A stretch of DNA of 59,698 nucleotides, the filler included, from Catajapyx aquilonaris (lineage: Eukaryota), in NCBI GenBank assembly GCA_000934665.2. It is 4 parts of 4 records of this genome, joined end to end, with 100 filler letters (N's around TTAATTAATTAA, not from the genome) between each part and the next. Parts side by side here need not be neighbours in the genome. Positions count along the whole stretch, not along the records: positions 1 to 14,846 come from JYFJ02007666.1; positions 14,947 to 29,810 come from JYFJ02007667.1; 2 more parts are not named here. The stretch is one strand, 5' to 3'. Within the stretch, counting starts at the first letter, position 1, and every line of letters starts with the position of its first letter. Of this stretch, positions 12,071 through 25,574 are shown in pieces. A model generated the notes under the pieces. It was not told where the DNA came from. It ran no database searches and saw only the letters and a list, made by a program, of their open reading frames with translations. The position numbers and the translations under genes are program-made.

Positions 12071-14846
12071 ATAAATAAATATAAATAGACAACGTGGATA
12101 CAACACCAATGTTTGTCCGTAAGGAGATGATCGAAGCCAAAAGGTATACCAACACCATCCCATTCACACACATCCCTGATGAATAATATGAAAGCATGCT
12201 TAATCAAGAAGCACAGAGTCTCTAACATAATATTGATGATTTTGTGGAAAAACTACAAAGTTTGCTTGTGAAGAACCGGACTCTGGATTCGTATCGTAAC
12301 AACCGAATACCGCCCACCTTGATTAATCCCAAGGTCTTGAGGACCAATTTGAGCCGCATTAGGATCAACACTAACAATAAACTCCGCGAGTAAACCTGCT
12401 TCAATATTGCATAGTTAGACCATAATTCACAGCTGTTCAGATAAAAATTGCATATATCCCGTAATAGGCACTCGCGTGGTCTGTGTGCTGTAATGACACA
12501 GGGGTGGAATTTTCGTCCCACTGTTAGTTACCGCTAACTTAGCAGTAACTAGCAGTGGGACGAAAACTTTCCTCGTATGTTGGATGAAATAGAGGGCCTG
12601 TTTAGATAAAACATGGCAACATATCCATACGCTGAAAAATAAACATATATGCTTTTTATAGGCTTCTGAAACTAGTGGGTTAACTGCCTGTGGCACAGAC
12701 AACCAGGCCTGAGGAACTGCACGCATTTAGGGTGGAATCTGCACAATGAGAAAAACACTTAAAATTCGCCCAACTGCCAGACCTCTCATCATTACTCAAT
12801 ATATTTGTAACCTAATTTCTTGGGTGTGTTTTCTTTAAGTAGATGATGTATAATATTATACATTACTGTCATGCTGCGCATCACCAGACGTGTGGGCTCA
12901 AAAACCTCCACTGTACCCGACACAACCAGGGTCGAATCGGGTATAGCGCCGGCCAAAGTCACCAATCTAAAGAGGACTGAGCAAGCGTGGAGACTTAGAA
13001 GAATAAACAAAGGGCTTCTCTTGTGAAGGAAAATCAGATGGAAACACACCCACCGCGCGTGCTTAGGTAATTGGACTTTATTGGCAATGTCAACTTTCTT
13101 CTCAAAGCCTTGAAGATGAAGAAAACATACGAATATCACAAATTAATTTTCATCATTAGAAAGTGTTATGCATTCCTAATAAAACATCATGTTGTCCTAA
13201 AATTCAGGCAGGACACACGTTCCCAAGAGAACTCAGTGATGACAGAGGCAAAGACATACAGTGCACGTTGAGAATATGTTGCTGGTTTGTATGCTTCTAG
13301 CGACCCGTAAGAGCGTCAGCGTGTAAGAAGTATAGCTAATGACTTAGCTGGGTTCCAAATTAAAGCGATATAACGCTGTCGACAGTAGTGCAATTCCTGC
13401 GACTTCTCTGGTTACAGCTAAGGAGTTCACCGAATCACCTACAACTACAAAACAAAGCAAAAATAAATAAATAATAATAATCCAGCAACCCAGATTTCCC
13501 AATTGCTGGACCCAGAGACAATATCTCACCTATCGACACCAACTACAGGAAAGCGATAGTCAATTATCACAAAAATGTGGATAAATCCAGGCCAAATGAT
13601 CTAAATCGCATTTCCTCCTCATCCCGATATAACTTTTACCGAGAACTGCTTTTCCATCACAGTAAGGGTAAATATTATTATGCTTTGTTGCTTGTACTGA
13701 GACTACTTATGTTTGTTCAGCACAGATTATTTAATCCCGATGAATTAAGAAATTCATATGTTACACTACCACAATAATACTGCCTCGAACTAATTGCACG
13801 AGAAGGTAATTATATAACAGAAAATGTATTATTATGAGGCATGTTTCATAAACACAACGTTTCTCATAAATATGAAAAAATTATGTAAAAATTGCTACAC
13901 GTTATTAGTCTGCCCTTTCTTTACAGATTAATTGGGCCTTGGTCAGGCCTTAAGAAAATCAACCCTCTGTTCGCTGACATTACAGTACTGTTGGTACTGA
14001 GATCGTGAAAAAGCAAACCGGAATAGGAACCCGACGTGCGACGAGCAACGACCTATGCTGACTCCCATAGGGATTGAACTGGTTCTTGCGTTCCAACAAT
14101 TTACCACTGACTCACTTCATCAGGTCAACACTGCAACGTCAAACGTCTATCATATGCTTAAGGTGACAGTCGAGCGAATGAAGAATAGGTAACTGACCTC
14201 GAACTTATTCCTTATATTACTACTCACAATTATCCCGTAATTAGGCTACACAATTGACGCTGTCGTCCAACGAATGATTTTCCCACTAGCGAGGTCCAAC
14301 ATGAATATCAACCTAGCGTACCGCCGCGCCGTGACGTTGTTGAAAGATTTTTCGACTTTTTTTTTGCGTATTAAAATTCTAGCGTTCCAATAAACATAAA
14401 ATAAACTCCCTGAAAAGTGTGCAGGAAAGAATGCCGAGAGAAACGTAATTGAGCAGACAGACAAATGATATCCCACTGTGATTGTTTCATGCATATGAAG
14501 TGAGGGTCATTAACGACATCCACCGAGAAAGCCACAATCTCGTATCATTCGTGGCCTTACCAAAAGACATTAAAAAAACGGACTTCGGTTGCACTGTGAA
14601 TGATCACGCAATACTATATTTTAAGGGCGATAGCCCTTAAGTAAGACCGTAGCATAGATTTCAACAATGTTTCAACAATGAATTTTTCCTACTTGTTCTT
14701 GTTCTTGTTCTTGTTACGTTTTTTTTATTCGCCCTAACTCAAGTTCTGTTGTAGGTAGAGCTTCCAAATTTTGAACACAGATCCCCACCATCGTGACTTG
14801 ATTTCCTACCATTTACACTTTTACTTAATTCCTCTTCAAAACGCCG

Positions 14847-14946
14847 NNNNNNNNNNNNNNNNNNNNNNNNNNNNNNNNNNNNNNNNNNNNTTAATTAATT
14901 AANNNNNNNNNNNNNNNNNNNNNNNNNNNNNNNNNNNNNNNNNNNN
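14847..14946. other. Artificial contig spacer
   Basis: 44N + TTAATTAATTAA + 44N. Confidence 0.97.
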
Positions 14947-15328
14947 AGTGCCGCGAAGGAGAAACCCATCTCCTTCGCGATCGGGCAGCCGGGACCGGCG
15001 ACTCACGGCCGGATGCAGGTGTTGTGGCTTCGGAACATCGCATTTTGGCTGTATTTTCACCATGCTAACGTGGAAACTAGGAGCGGAGGTGATGTTTTCT
15101 CAACACTACAGGCCAAGCAGAATTAGAAAATCCAACTATTTTCAAAATTCAGGAGGGTAAGAAGAGTTACTTTGGTTGTTAGTAAAATGCAAAGTGAAAT
15201 GTATGAGCAGTTTTGCAGCATTTCACAATTGCTATGGGTTACTGAACTGGGAAAGATTTTATTTAGGGCTGCTTGATTGGAAAACAATGCCCCTGTAAGC
15301 TCAGGAGGCCTATAGTGCTCAGTTAATA

Positions 15329-15940
15329 CAGTGGTGCCTCATACTTCGAACTTAATTCGTTCCAGGAGGCCATTCACACTCTGAATTGTTTTAAGTCCGA
15401 ATCAATTTTCCCCCATAAGATGTAATGAAAAGTGAATTAATCCATTCCCAGACCCTAAACAATACCCATTTCGATCGACTTACACAGCAAATGCACATAA
15501 TTTAAGATAAACATATACCCTAAATAAGTGACCTAAATTAATGCATGAAAACAATAAATGAAATGCGTAAACACTGTAGAATAAAATGAAAATTGCATTT
15601 ACGGCAGCAGTGAGTGGTGATGATGTCCCATGTGCCTGGTGGATAGGAAGAGAAAGATTACTGTTTGAAAGGGGAGTCACCTTCCATTATAATTTTATAA
15701 CCAAACCCACCAAAAATAAAGCAATAACAGCACTGAAAACCCATGAGCATAACGCAAGAGATGCTTTCACAGCGAGAGTGAGAGATGACTTGGGTGCAAA
15801 ACATAAGGCTTTTAATCAGCGAGAGCCTTTTTTTACTGCACGTACCATTCGAACTTAGGAGCATTGTTCGAACTCCAGATCACATTTCTCTTGAATTTAG
15901 CGTTTGAACTCTAGAATGTTCGAAGTACAAGGTTCCACTG
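15329..15940. mobile_element. pogo/Tigger-like MITE
   Basis: Imperfect 23-bp TIRs cagtggtgcctcatacttcgaac / gttcgaagtacaaggttccactg, TA on both flanks. Confidence 0.8.
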
Positions 15941-15997
15941 TACCAGTTTTATAAAAAAATCTTTTTAGAGCAGTTCAACACCTCCACGAATGTTTTA

Positions 15998-17557
15998 GGC
16001 CCGGTTCACATGTGGCCACTTTTAGTGGTAGATGCTCGCCACAGCAACTGGCCACAGTTGCTTATACACAAGATTAAATGGGAGCATTTACACGTGGCCA
16101 CTGCAGTAGCGAGGGTAGGCGTCTGTGGGCTCGGAGTAGCTTGGAAGTTGCTCGACCGCGCGATTGAGTGGCAGGCCCGAGCGTCTTTGCTCAAGCCAGG
16201 CCCCACTAGGTAGCAGACTATTGGTTTGCATTGGTGCATTCACACGGAGCCACAGCCGCAGGCCTCTCACGCCCACAACGGGCCCACAGGCCTAGTCATA
16301 TGTCCATGCTACAGGGTCATCAAAAAAGAATGTGCCATTTTTAAAACCCTATAACTCAAAAACTTGTAGAGATATCTTAATGATTTAAGTTTTGGAATGT
16401 TAAGAAATGTCTAAGATCTGGTCTACCATAGTTTGTTTCGATATGAGCTCCATTTGTCGCTCAAAAAATGTAAATACGGTAATCGGTGTCCCGCCTAATC
16501 CGCTCAGGCATGTCTGGCGTTACCGCTGAAATCTTTTCTCGTAGGTGGTGGTGGTGCCGAATCTTGTCACCATACAGGTTTCTCCACAAAAAAGTGCATC
16601 GGGGTAAAATCTGGGCTTCTGGAGGAGCTATGCATGGAGAAATTTCTCATACGAGACTTCTCACACTGGGAAGCTGAACAAACAAAAATTTTCTACGGCA
16701 GGTTTATTTCATGGATGAGGCGACTTTTTTATTTGAATCATCAAGAACAATGTCTGTGGTGTAAATATCAGAGATATCCAGCACCTACGTGATAGGATTG
16801 CAACGGTAACTCCAGATGGGATTGATATGGTTTCTCCCGACACCGAATACAGGCTTTTTAATCTGCCTAGCGATAAATGAAGCTCATATCGAAGAAAAAA
16901 ATCTAACCTGAAACCAAAACTGTAGATCTTTCTTATGTTAGTATTTCAAAACTTAAATCATTCAGATATGTCTGGAAGTTTTCGAGTTATAGGGTTTTTA
17001 AAATGGGACATTCTATTTCGATGACCCGGTATTTCATGCCACGAGGAAAGAGCAGTTTACCACCTTGGATTGTGCAATTAGTGAAGTAAATTAATATCGA
17101 AGACTTTATATCTGAAGTTGAGGCCTATGCTCCTATCCCGATATTTGGGACGGATCAGTTGCCGAAAATACCGGGAGGGAAAAACCTTTCATCATCTTGC
17201 CACAGATCTTGGAATAGTATACGGTATGGTAGTCCTTTCGAGGACGACCTTTCCAGGCAAGGATGAACAAGAATTTGCCTGCTTTGCCTGCACTTTTTAT
17301 TCCTTGTCATTTTGTCAATAGAAGGAGTAGCAATAATGCATTTAAAGCCACTGGTTGCCATACTGAATCTGGCCCACCTGCTGTGGCGAGCGTCTGCCCC
17401 AGTGCAGTGGCTGACTCAAGCTCTTGCAGTGCCGGAAGCTAGCGACTGCAGTAAGCTGTGGCGTGCGACTGAAGTGGCCACGTGTGAACAGGGCCCGAGC
17501 GACTGCAGTGGTCAGTTGCTGTGGCGCACAACTAAGTGGCCACATGTGAACAGGCCC
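15998..17557. mobile_element. PIF/Harbinger-like non-autonomous element (hosts a nested mariner-like element)
   Basis: TIRs ggcccggttcacatgtggccact / agtggccacatgtgaacaggccc, TTA on both flanks. Confidence 0.75.
16312..17029. mobile_element. Tc1/mariner-like deletion derivative
   Basis: TIRs cagggtcatcaaaaaagaatgtgcc... / ...gggacattctatttcgatgacccgg, TA flanks; transposase scraps RSPDFTPMHFF (- strand) and YFMDEATF (+ strand). Confidence 0.75.
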
Positions 17558-18410
17558 TTATACAACCTTCTTCAACAGGGTCTTACAGTAGATTGCAATC
17601 CTTTGACAAGTTGGGCAAAAAATCTTGAGAGAGTGCAGTAAGCGAGGCAGTAAGTTTTTCTAGGAAGTGAATAACAAGCCCAGGGCGAGATATCAAAGAC
17701 AGACCATATTTGTCATCTGCTACAGGGAATTCATCAGGACAGCCAGTCCTGGCAAGGCAGAAATCTATGCATTTTTTTATGACAGAGTTTTGAATGTGCC
17801 TGCCTGTGTCCTATTCATTTTCTGCAGATTATGAGTGAGCACACAGAAAACCATTGGTCAAAATGGGAGCAGAATTAGGAAACGAAGCTTATATTCAAAA
17901 TCTGTTCCCAGCAATGGCAGCAGGTAGTCACAGTAACAGTAGGTGTTCCAAATAATTGATTTTTAAAATCTGTAATTACTTTTGTTTTTACTCTGGATCA
18001 TGCAACCAGGCCTAGGCAACATCACCATGCATGCATAGTGCAAGTTTATGCATCAATCCACACAAAACCACTCCCAATGATATAAACTGTAAAGGCATTG
18101 ATTTGCAAACGAGATGTGCAGAGTCCATGTGATGGGTTCCAAGTTTTTGACATCAAAAACAAACAACAAAGATAATTTGCATTCATTAGCAAATCCAGGC
18201 CCACATGAAAGAGACGATCAGTTGCCATCAGCATGCACAACACATCTGAGCAATTCCACTGCCCGAACCACCAGCTGGTGACTGCAATGCTCATGTCTAC
18301 TTGTTATGTAGCATAAGTAATCATTTGTGTCAGGATTCACATACAAACTCAACTGAGTGCACAACAAAAGTTGTGCAAGACCGAATGCATGAATATGCCA
18401 TAAGTTTCTC

Positions 18411-18878
18411 CCATGGTCTTAGAACAGTAAGGTCTGGACACTCCCCTTCTTATCGCATTGGGGGCCTGACAGGATGGTTTGCAGCAGGTGGCCGCATGAT
18501 AGTCCTTTTCAGGAGCAAATTGACATTTGGCGACCGTATCGGACTGCTCTGAACAGCCCCCCCGCAACTCCCTCTCTTCTTCAGTGCTCTTAGCGAGTCC
18601 CCTATGGCTAGATTGAGAGTTGCGGGGGGCTGGCTCTGAGCCTAGGTAGATAAGAAGCTTCTCTTCTAACCTAAGGGAACGGTCAGGGTCGGGCACCTCC
18701 GATTTGGTTGAAACTTGCTAGAGGGGTAATTCATGTGCGATAGACACAGTGGTGAAAGTTTTAGATCGCAACGTCCAGCCGTTTCCGAGTAAGTTCAGAG
18801 CAGTCCACAAACCAGCCCATCAGGCCCCTAAGGTGATAAGAGGGGGAGTGACCAGACCTTACTATTCTAAGACCATGG
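18411..18878. mobile_element. MITE-like element with ~70-bp imperfect TIRs and internal hairpin
   Basis: ccatggtcttagaacagtaaggtctgg... vs ...ccagaccttactattctaagaccatgg; no clear TSD. Confidence 0.65.
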
Positions 18879-21128
18879 TGTCTCCACATATTTGTAGCAG
18901 AATTTTGCCAAGCCATCATAATTCCAACACTAGGTACGGCAGACCACTGCATAGCATTGGAATAATTACAATAGCTCCACAAAATGTCCTTACGAACTAT
19001 TGGGAACAGGAAAATTGGCATGCAAGTCTACCTGCATGATTTTGGTTGCACACTACAATGTGCACATGGAACCAGCTATAGTTTGCGGACGGCCTAAAAA
19101 TTATTGTACTACACTGCAGTACCCTTCTGCATCGACTTCACAGAGATAAGGGTGTGGCTCATCTTAGTATTGTGCAACCATGTACGCACATAATAAATGT
19201 GGATGAGGCTCAAATACCAAGACATAAGCAAATCCTCTTTAATCGCAAGCATTACTGCTAATGGTCACACCCAAATAATACTAACCCCTGCCTAACAAAT
19301 CCAGATGCAGACACAACCAACTGAATACTTTCCAAGCAACTGTCGGTGCCCACATAACAGGTGCAGTGATCCCCACCCTGCCCATCTCTGTCGCTAATTA
19401 CAAGAAACCCGAACGCATGCACATCATGCTTACCGGTGGCGGTGTACCCGACGTCAACACCGTCTCGATGCTTTTGCCGATGGTGTTTGCAGCACTCATG
19501 TCTCTCTTCTTGTATTGACAATCACTCAATTAATGCCAATATGCAAATTCTCGCTCAAGATAACCCAACCGCATTAATAAATAGCGAGCACTAGACTTGA
19601 CAGAGAAGAGTTTAAAATGATCAGTGCAAATGCGAACTGAAGTTGAAGTACTGAATGCAGTGGAATGGACTACCACAAAAAGATGGCGGCGAAACCCACT
19701 GTTGCCGAACGTGTTGTCCCACAAATGTGACACTTAATTTTTATTCATTAATAAATTGATTCCATTTAAAAAGTGTCAAAAAGTGTAGCATAGTAATTGA
19801 CTATAATTAACACATACAGTTTGCACATATTTAGTAGTAAATGAAGCAAAATGATGATAGTTCATAAAATGTGGCAATGCTGAAATAGAAACGACCGGCG
19901 TCTTTTGTCCTTCTTCCCTTGCACGCCACCTTTCTGCCCAATGAGCATGGATATACCGTCACGTGATGTCTGACTTGCAGCACCCCCTTCTGCTCCACTC
20001 CCAAAAAGCTACTATTATATAAAATGCCACCGGCGTGCCGCTAGTGCCGCTGCATACCCACCTTTTTAGGTGGCGTCGGATGGCGTCATCATATACTTTT
20101 AATATGTTTGTAAATTAATTGATGATTTTAAAATAGATATATTTTTCAAATCATGCAAAGATATTATTATTTCATTATATTTTCATATTGTTGCAGTTAA
20201 TTCGTCTAGCTCGGTCTGGTTCCTTTGTATCAGCAGCACATACTTCGAAAATACACGAATCCGTTGCACGAATCACACATGAACCAACATGGCAGAGAAA
20301 TCGCAATTGTGTGTGTTTTTAGGAGTAGTCAACCCGTTTTACGTGAGCATAAAGGACGACTGGGTGTCCTTTTCATACGATCAGAAAGCCACGAGTTGAG
20401 CCAATGCCGGTTGTGCAGGGAACAAATGCTGATTCGATAAATAAGGGACAGAAACTGCATTGCTGGTGACAATATGGCTTCACGTGCATTACTTGAAGTC
20501 CCAAGTGCATAACTCAAGAGGGATGTTTTTCTCTATCCAGAAATCAGTTCTATATCAATTTTTAGGCATTATAATCACAACCGGAGTTTTATATGCTGCA
20601 GTAGCCAGTAGGGGTTCCGGAACAGCTATAGTGCGTAGCCTATCCACTTTTTAGAGAATGCGAAAGAAAAATATTTAGGCTGGAAAATGTTTTGCGAATG
20701 ATTTATACTTTTGTTTGATCAGTTTTCATCTGGGACGTTGAATGAAGAAAAGACAGGAAGTTCGAGTCAATCCACCTGGACTTGAGGATTCAACTTAATT
20801 GAGTGCACAATTGTACACATGTGGCACTCTGATGGGTAGTCTGTGCTAGGAGGTTTCCCACGCAGGCACGGCCGCCGTCTCTTGTGTGAGATGCAACATA
20901 TGCTGGATTTACGCTAAATGTCGAGTGATTTTTAGAGACGGATTGTCCGAATTTTTAAAATATTGATATTGTGTTTGTACAACTCATAGCCTAGGAAATT
21001 TTTATTCACACCATGATGGCCCAGTGACTGACGCGAGATAACCCAGTACAGCAATTTTAATCAAAATCTTAAGACTTAGTCTTAGTTGTCACCTTATTCC
21101 ACCACACCCCTCATTTAGAGTACCGGTA

Positions 21129-21789
21129 CAGTAGAACCCCGATTATCCGACCTCAGATTATCCAACTCCTCGGTTTATCCAACCGTCCCACTCCAGCAAT
21201 AAATCAATGTTATTATTATTATTATTATTATTTTTTTGTTACCCCGTGATAGAGCTCGTGGCCCTCTTAGGGGGGAAGGGGAAGTTCCCAAGGGAGGGCG
21301 CCGTGCGATAGCCATTTCTGACATTCTTTAACACCAGGCCTTTTCTCCTGGCCCCGAGCAGAGAAGGGAGTGCAATTCTGCTCCGGCATGTCGGGTGAAA
21401 AGCGGAAAAAGACCCGGCCAAGCAGAGGTGACGGGGACGGGATTTGAACCCCGGCCTCCCGCTTGGCTGGCCAGCGGCGTAACCGCTAGACCACCATGCC
21501 GCCCCCGCAATAAATCAATGTTTCATCATCAAATGCTATAAGTATAATGTATGCCTCCTAAGCATTTGGTTTGTATTGCCTTAGTTAAATTTTAAACAGT
21601 AGAGTAAGCATGTAAAAAGTAAATACTTCACTATTTCTTAAAAAACCATGATATTTACATTATTTCATGCACTTATGTTTTTTGTCGTGTTCATTCAAGT
21701 TTCCTTTGCTCTTCGGATCAGCCGACCTTTTTTGTTATCCAACCACGCCCAGGTCCCGTGGGTGACGGATAATAATCGGGGTTCTACTG
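21129..21789. mobile_element. pogo/Tigger-like MITE carrying a SINE insertion
   Basis: 18-bp TIRs cagtagaaccccgattat / ataatcggggttctactg, TA TSD. Confidence 0.85.
21212..21506 (-). mobile_element. tRNA-derived SINE family B
   Basis: A box tggtctagcgg, B box ggttcaaatccc, A/(AAT)n tail, 16-bp TSD gcaataaatcaatgtt at 21196-21211 and 21507-21522. Confidence 0.9.
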
Positions 21790-21997
21790 TAATTATTTGT
21801 AGTAATCAAAAGTAATTGCTGCCAATAGTAGACCTAATTGAATTACCATTCCAAGCTCTTCAATCACTATTCCAACACTCCTATCTTGTCTTCTGCAACA
21901 TTCAGACCCCTGATAATCACCTGGAATTTGGTGTCCGTCGTTTTCAGTGAGAACTCAAAGGATAACACTAGGGCATGCTTCAACTCAACCCTTAGGT

Positions 21998-22238
21998 CAG
22001 TGGTTTCCAACCTGGGGATCGCAACCCCAAGGGTCGCGGGGGGTCGCAAGCCTTTGTTCAACTTTTTCTTTTGCAATTTCTGTGAAAATTGAACCATTTT
22101 TGCGGCCGTACAGAGTGAGTGTATGTTTTCTGGAAATGGGTCAGTTTTGTAGAAGGGGCTGGGGGGGGGGGGGGNGGGTCGCACATTTATGGAAACATGT
22201 TTAGGGGGTCGCAGTTGGTAAAAGGTTGGAAACCACTG
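21998..22238. mobile_element. hAT (Buster-type) MITE
   Basis: TIRs cagtggtttccaacct / aggttggaaaccactg; 8-bp TSD ccttaggt/cctgaggt (1 mismatch). Confidence 0.85.
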
Positions 22239-22893
22239 CCTGAGGTGCTTAGCAGGTTCAATTGGGTGTCCAGTAGAGTAGGATAGATATTTCACTAATG
22301 ATGACCATCACTAACAGAACACTTACGGAGCATTTACACAGGTCCTCATCAGGGATGCTCACGTGTGAAATACTGAAAGTGAATTTCAAAGATGAAACAG
22401 TTTTATTTACACGGTTCACCAAAAGAGAATGAGACATTCCCCAGCAAACCAGTTCCAAACATTGAAAAGGGCCACCACTTGGTAGGGAAGGCTTGGTGGA
22501 TGGGTTCTCGATCACTGATGGGGATCCAAAGTTGCGCAAGCTCAAATTCTTTCACCAGTCGTCCTCGGAAAGGATTCACACATGAGGATCCATGATGAAG
22601 ACCAATGTAAATGCGCCTTAGCTCAGTTGAGAGAAAAGAGAACACCAGTTCTCCTGACCATCCTGCTCCACCACTAGAACTCAAGTGTAACATAATTGAA
22701 AACTAACAGATGACAAAAATACCAGACCATTTGAAACTAGGAGTCAGAATGAAAATTTTAGGTACTGCTGTTAACACATATTCCCCCCAGTGTGTGCATG
22801 CAACAGAACTTTTTTCCTAATTCAATCTGGAGGTATGTTCTCACAAGTGTTATGAGCTGAAAGTAGGACGAAAAAGAGCATAGTCTGCATAAT

Positions 22894-24826
22894 GGGCAAT
22901 TCCACGTGAACGTGATCACCTTTTTCACGAAAAAATTTGCCCGTCGATGAGTGTGAGATATGTTTGAGTCCATGTCAAGTTATGACCTTTCCCACAAGGA
23001 TTTGGTCCGCCGATGCGTGGTTGCCTATCTACAGGCGCTAATTGCACTTGGATCACGGTTAGAGGCGCCCCCCTATTACATTTACATGACAACGTAAATG
23101 CATGATGCAATACATGTTTCATGTGTGAAATTGTCTCCTCTTTCCGACAAAAATAGTCACTTTCCGATAGCTGTGCAAATTCATGTCAAAATGCGACATT
23201 TTTGCAAACAAATGACATTTTCAAAAAGAGAGCCAAAGTCAAATGTCATCACATTGATATCAAAATACACCTTGAAGTGTCCTCTATCAGTGGTACAAAC
23301 GGAATTTTGGAATACGAAATGGTTCCGGAGCTATAGGTACTGACGTGGAGCGCTGCGCTAGTGGCCACGCCCGCTGAATGAAAAAGAGCGGTCCACCTAG
23401 GTCCGTCTTCAGGTCTCAGGTAGTGTACGCTTGTCCTTTGTGTTTAATTCACTTAATAATATAGTTAACGTAGTTATAGTTTTAATATATCTAGAAATAG
23501 TTCCAAATAAATTTGGTCCGCTACTGGGCAATTCCACGTGAACGTGATCACCTTTTGCACAAAAAAATCTGACCATCGATAAGTGTCAAAGTGTGAGGAG
23601 ATATGTTTAGGTCCATGTTAGAACCTTTTGCACAAGAACTTGGTCCGCTGATGCGTGGTTGCCTCTCTACAGGCGTAAATTGTACTTTGGTCACATTTAC
23701 ACGACAATGTAAAAGCTTGATATGGTACAAGTTTCATGCGTGAAATTGTCTCCTCTTTTCGACAAAAATGCTAACTTCCTGACAGATGTGCAAATTCATG
23801 GCAAAAAGCGAGAATTTTGCAAACAAATGAAATTTTCGAAACGAGAGGCGAAGTTAAATACAATCAGTCATCACATTGATATCAAAAAATTCCTCATAGT
23901 GTCCTCTATCAGCCATATACAAACGGAATTTTGGCATACGCAAGGGTTACGGAGCTATAATCACTGACGTGGAGGGGTGCAGGAGTGCAATATATTCAAT
24001 TATAGTGAAAGCAAGGGTATGGATCCGCACGGAATTCCGTACAGGCCTCAACAGTGAACATTCATTTGGACTGTGACTAGGAACGAATAGAGGAATGAAT
24101 ATAAAAATAAAAAAAGTAGGCTACATGATTCTCTATTGTAAATAATCAAGCATATTTTAACACACACTTGACACTTGTGAAAATTGAAACTTTGTTGAAC
24201 ATGACAAGGGAATTTTCATTTATTCTTACTATTCTATGGTAAATTTTTTTGAACTATATTATTATGTGAATTAAACACAAAGGACAAGCGTACACTACCT
24301 GAGACATGAAGACGGACCTATAGGTGGGCCGCTCATTTTCTTTCAGCGGGCGTGGCCACTAGCGCAGCGCTCCACGTCAGTGCCTATAGCTCCGTAACCA
24401 TTTCGTATTCCAAAATTCAGTTTGTACCACTAATAGAGGACACTTCAAGGTGTATTTTGATATCAATGTGATGACATTTGACTTTGGCTCTCTTTTTGAA
24501 AATGTCATTTGTTTGCAAAAATGTCGCATTTTGACATGAATTTGCACAGCTATCGGAAAGTGTCTATTTTTGTCGGAAAGAGGAGACAATTTCACACATG
24601 AAACATGTATTACATCATGCATTTACGTTGTCATGTAAATGTAATAGGGGGGCGCCTCTAACCGTGATCCAAGTGCAATTAGCGCCTGTAGATAGGCAAC
24701 CACGCAACGGCGGACCAAATCCTTGTGGGAAAGGTCATAACTTGACATGGACTCAAACATATCTCACACTCATCGACGGGCAAATTTTTTCGTGAAAAAG
24801 GTGATCACGTTCACGTGGAATTGCCC
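22894..24826. mobile_element. Non-autonomous DNA transposon with ~570-bp TIRs (Sola2-like termini)
   Basis: 22894-~23466 is a near-identical inverted copy of ~24252-24826; GGG...CCC ends; 4-bp TSD TAAT. Confidence 0.8.
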
Positions 24827-25574
24827 TAATGTGTTTTGCTAGTTGACTATTTTTATCCTTCTGACAGGGGCAGCCATATTTTTATCTCAATCAACAGAAA
24901 TATAAGTTAAACAAATGCTTGTAACTCACAAGTCAGTTCCATGATATGACAGGAAAAAAACGTCTATGAAGAAGCACAAAAAAGCACCACTGAGAAGGCT
25001 TATCTAACTTGCCAAGAGATATGAATTCATTCCCAGTATGCAATCAATTGTACATATGGGAGAAAGAGACCTAATTAACCTATGATTATTTATTTTTTTG
25101 TTCTCTTATTTGTTACACTCTGATGCAGGGTAATAGAATCATAAAGAGTCACATGAGCTCACAGCATTGATACCCAATGCCTTATTATATCACAAGTCAG
25201 CCCCAGGCAGAGAAAGTTTAGGCAGATTGGATGCAATCAAGCATAGAAGAATAAATTACACAATATAAACCATGGCACACTTCATTGGAATATCCTATAT
25301 TGCAATGGAATATTTTTTTCACTCATATTTCCCTATTTCATGCAGATTTATTTAAAAATGGTAATCATCTACAAAATAGAGGGCACATCATACAAGTTAG
25401 TTGGGTTAAATTTTATTAACCAAAGAAATTAAATCACACGATAACTCTAATTCTTCCCCCCCCCACACCCCNCCCCCCCCCAACGAAATTCATCATCTCT
25501 TCTTACTATCACCTCACCCCATCATCCTCCAAAACAATCCTTATTTTTGGGTAACTTACAATTGATTGATAATC

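Noticed and set aside
14891..14902. TTAATTAATTAA palindrome recurring three times
   Set aside because: Artificial linker inside N-spacers, not biological
19560..19700. THAP-like motif RICTDHF on minus strand
   Set aside because: Too short; N-terminal C-x-C and rest of domain not recoverable
22925..24795. Near-identical small ORFs (65 and 81 aa) on both strands
   Set aside because: Artefacts of the long TIRs; no protein features
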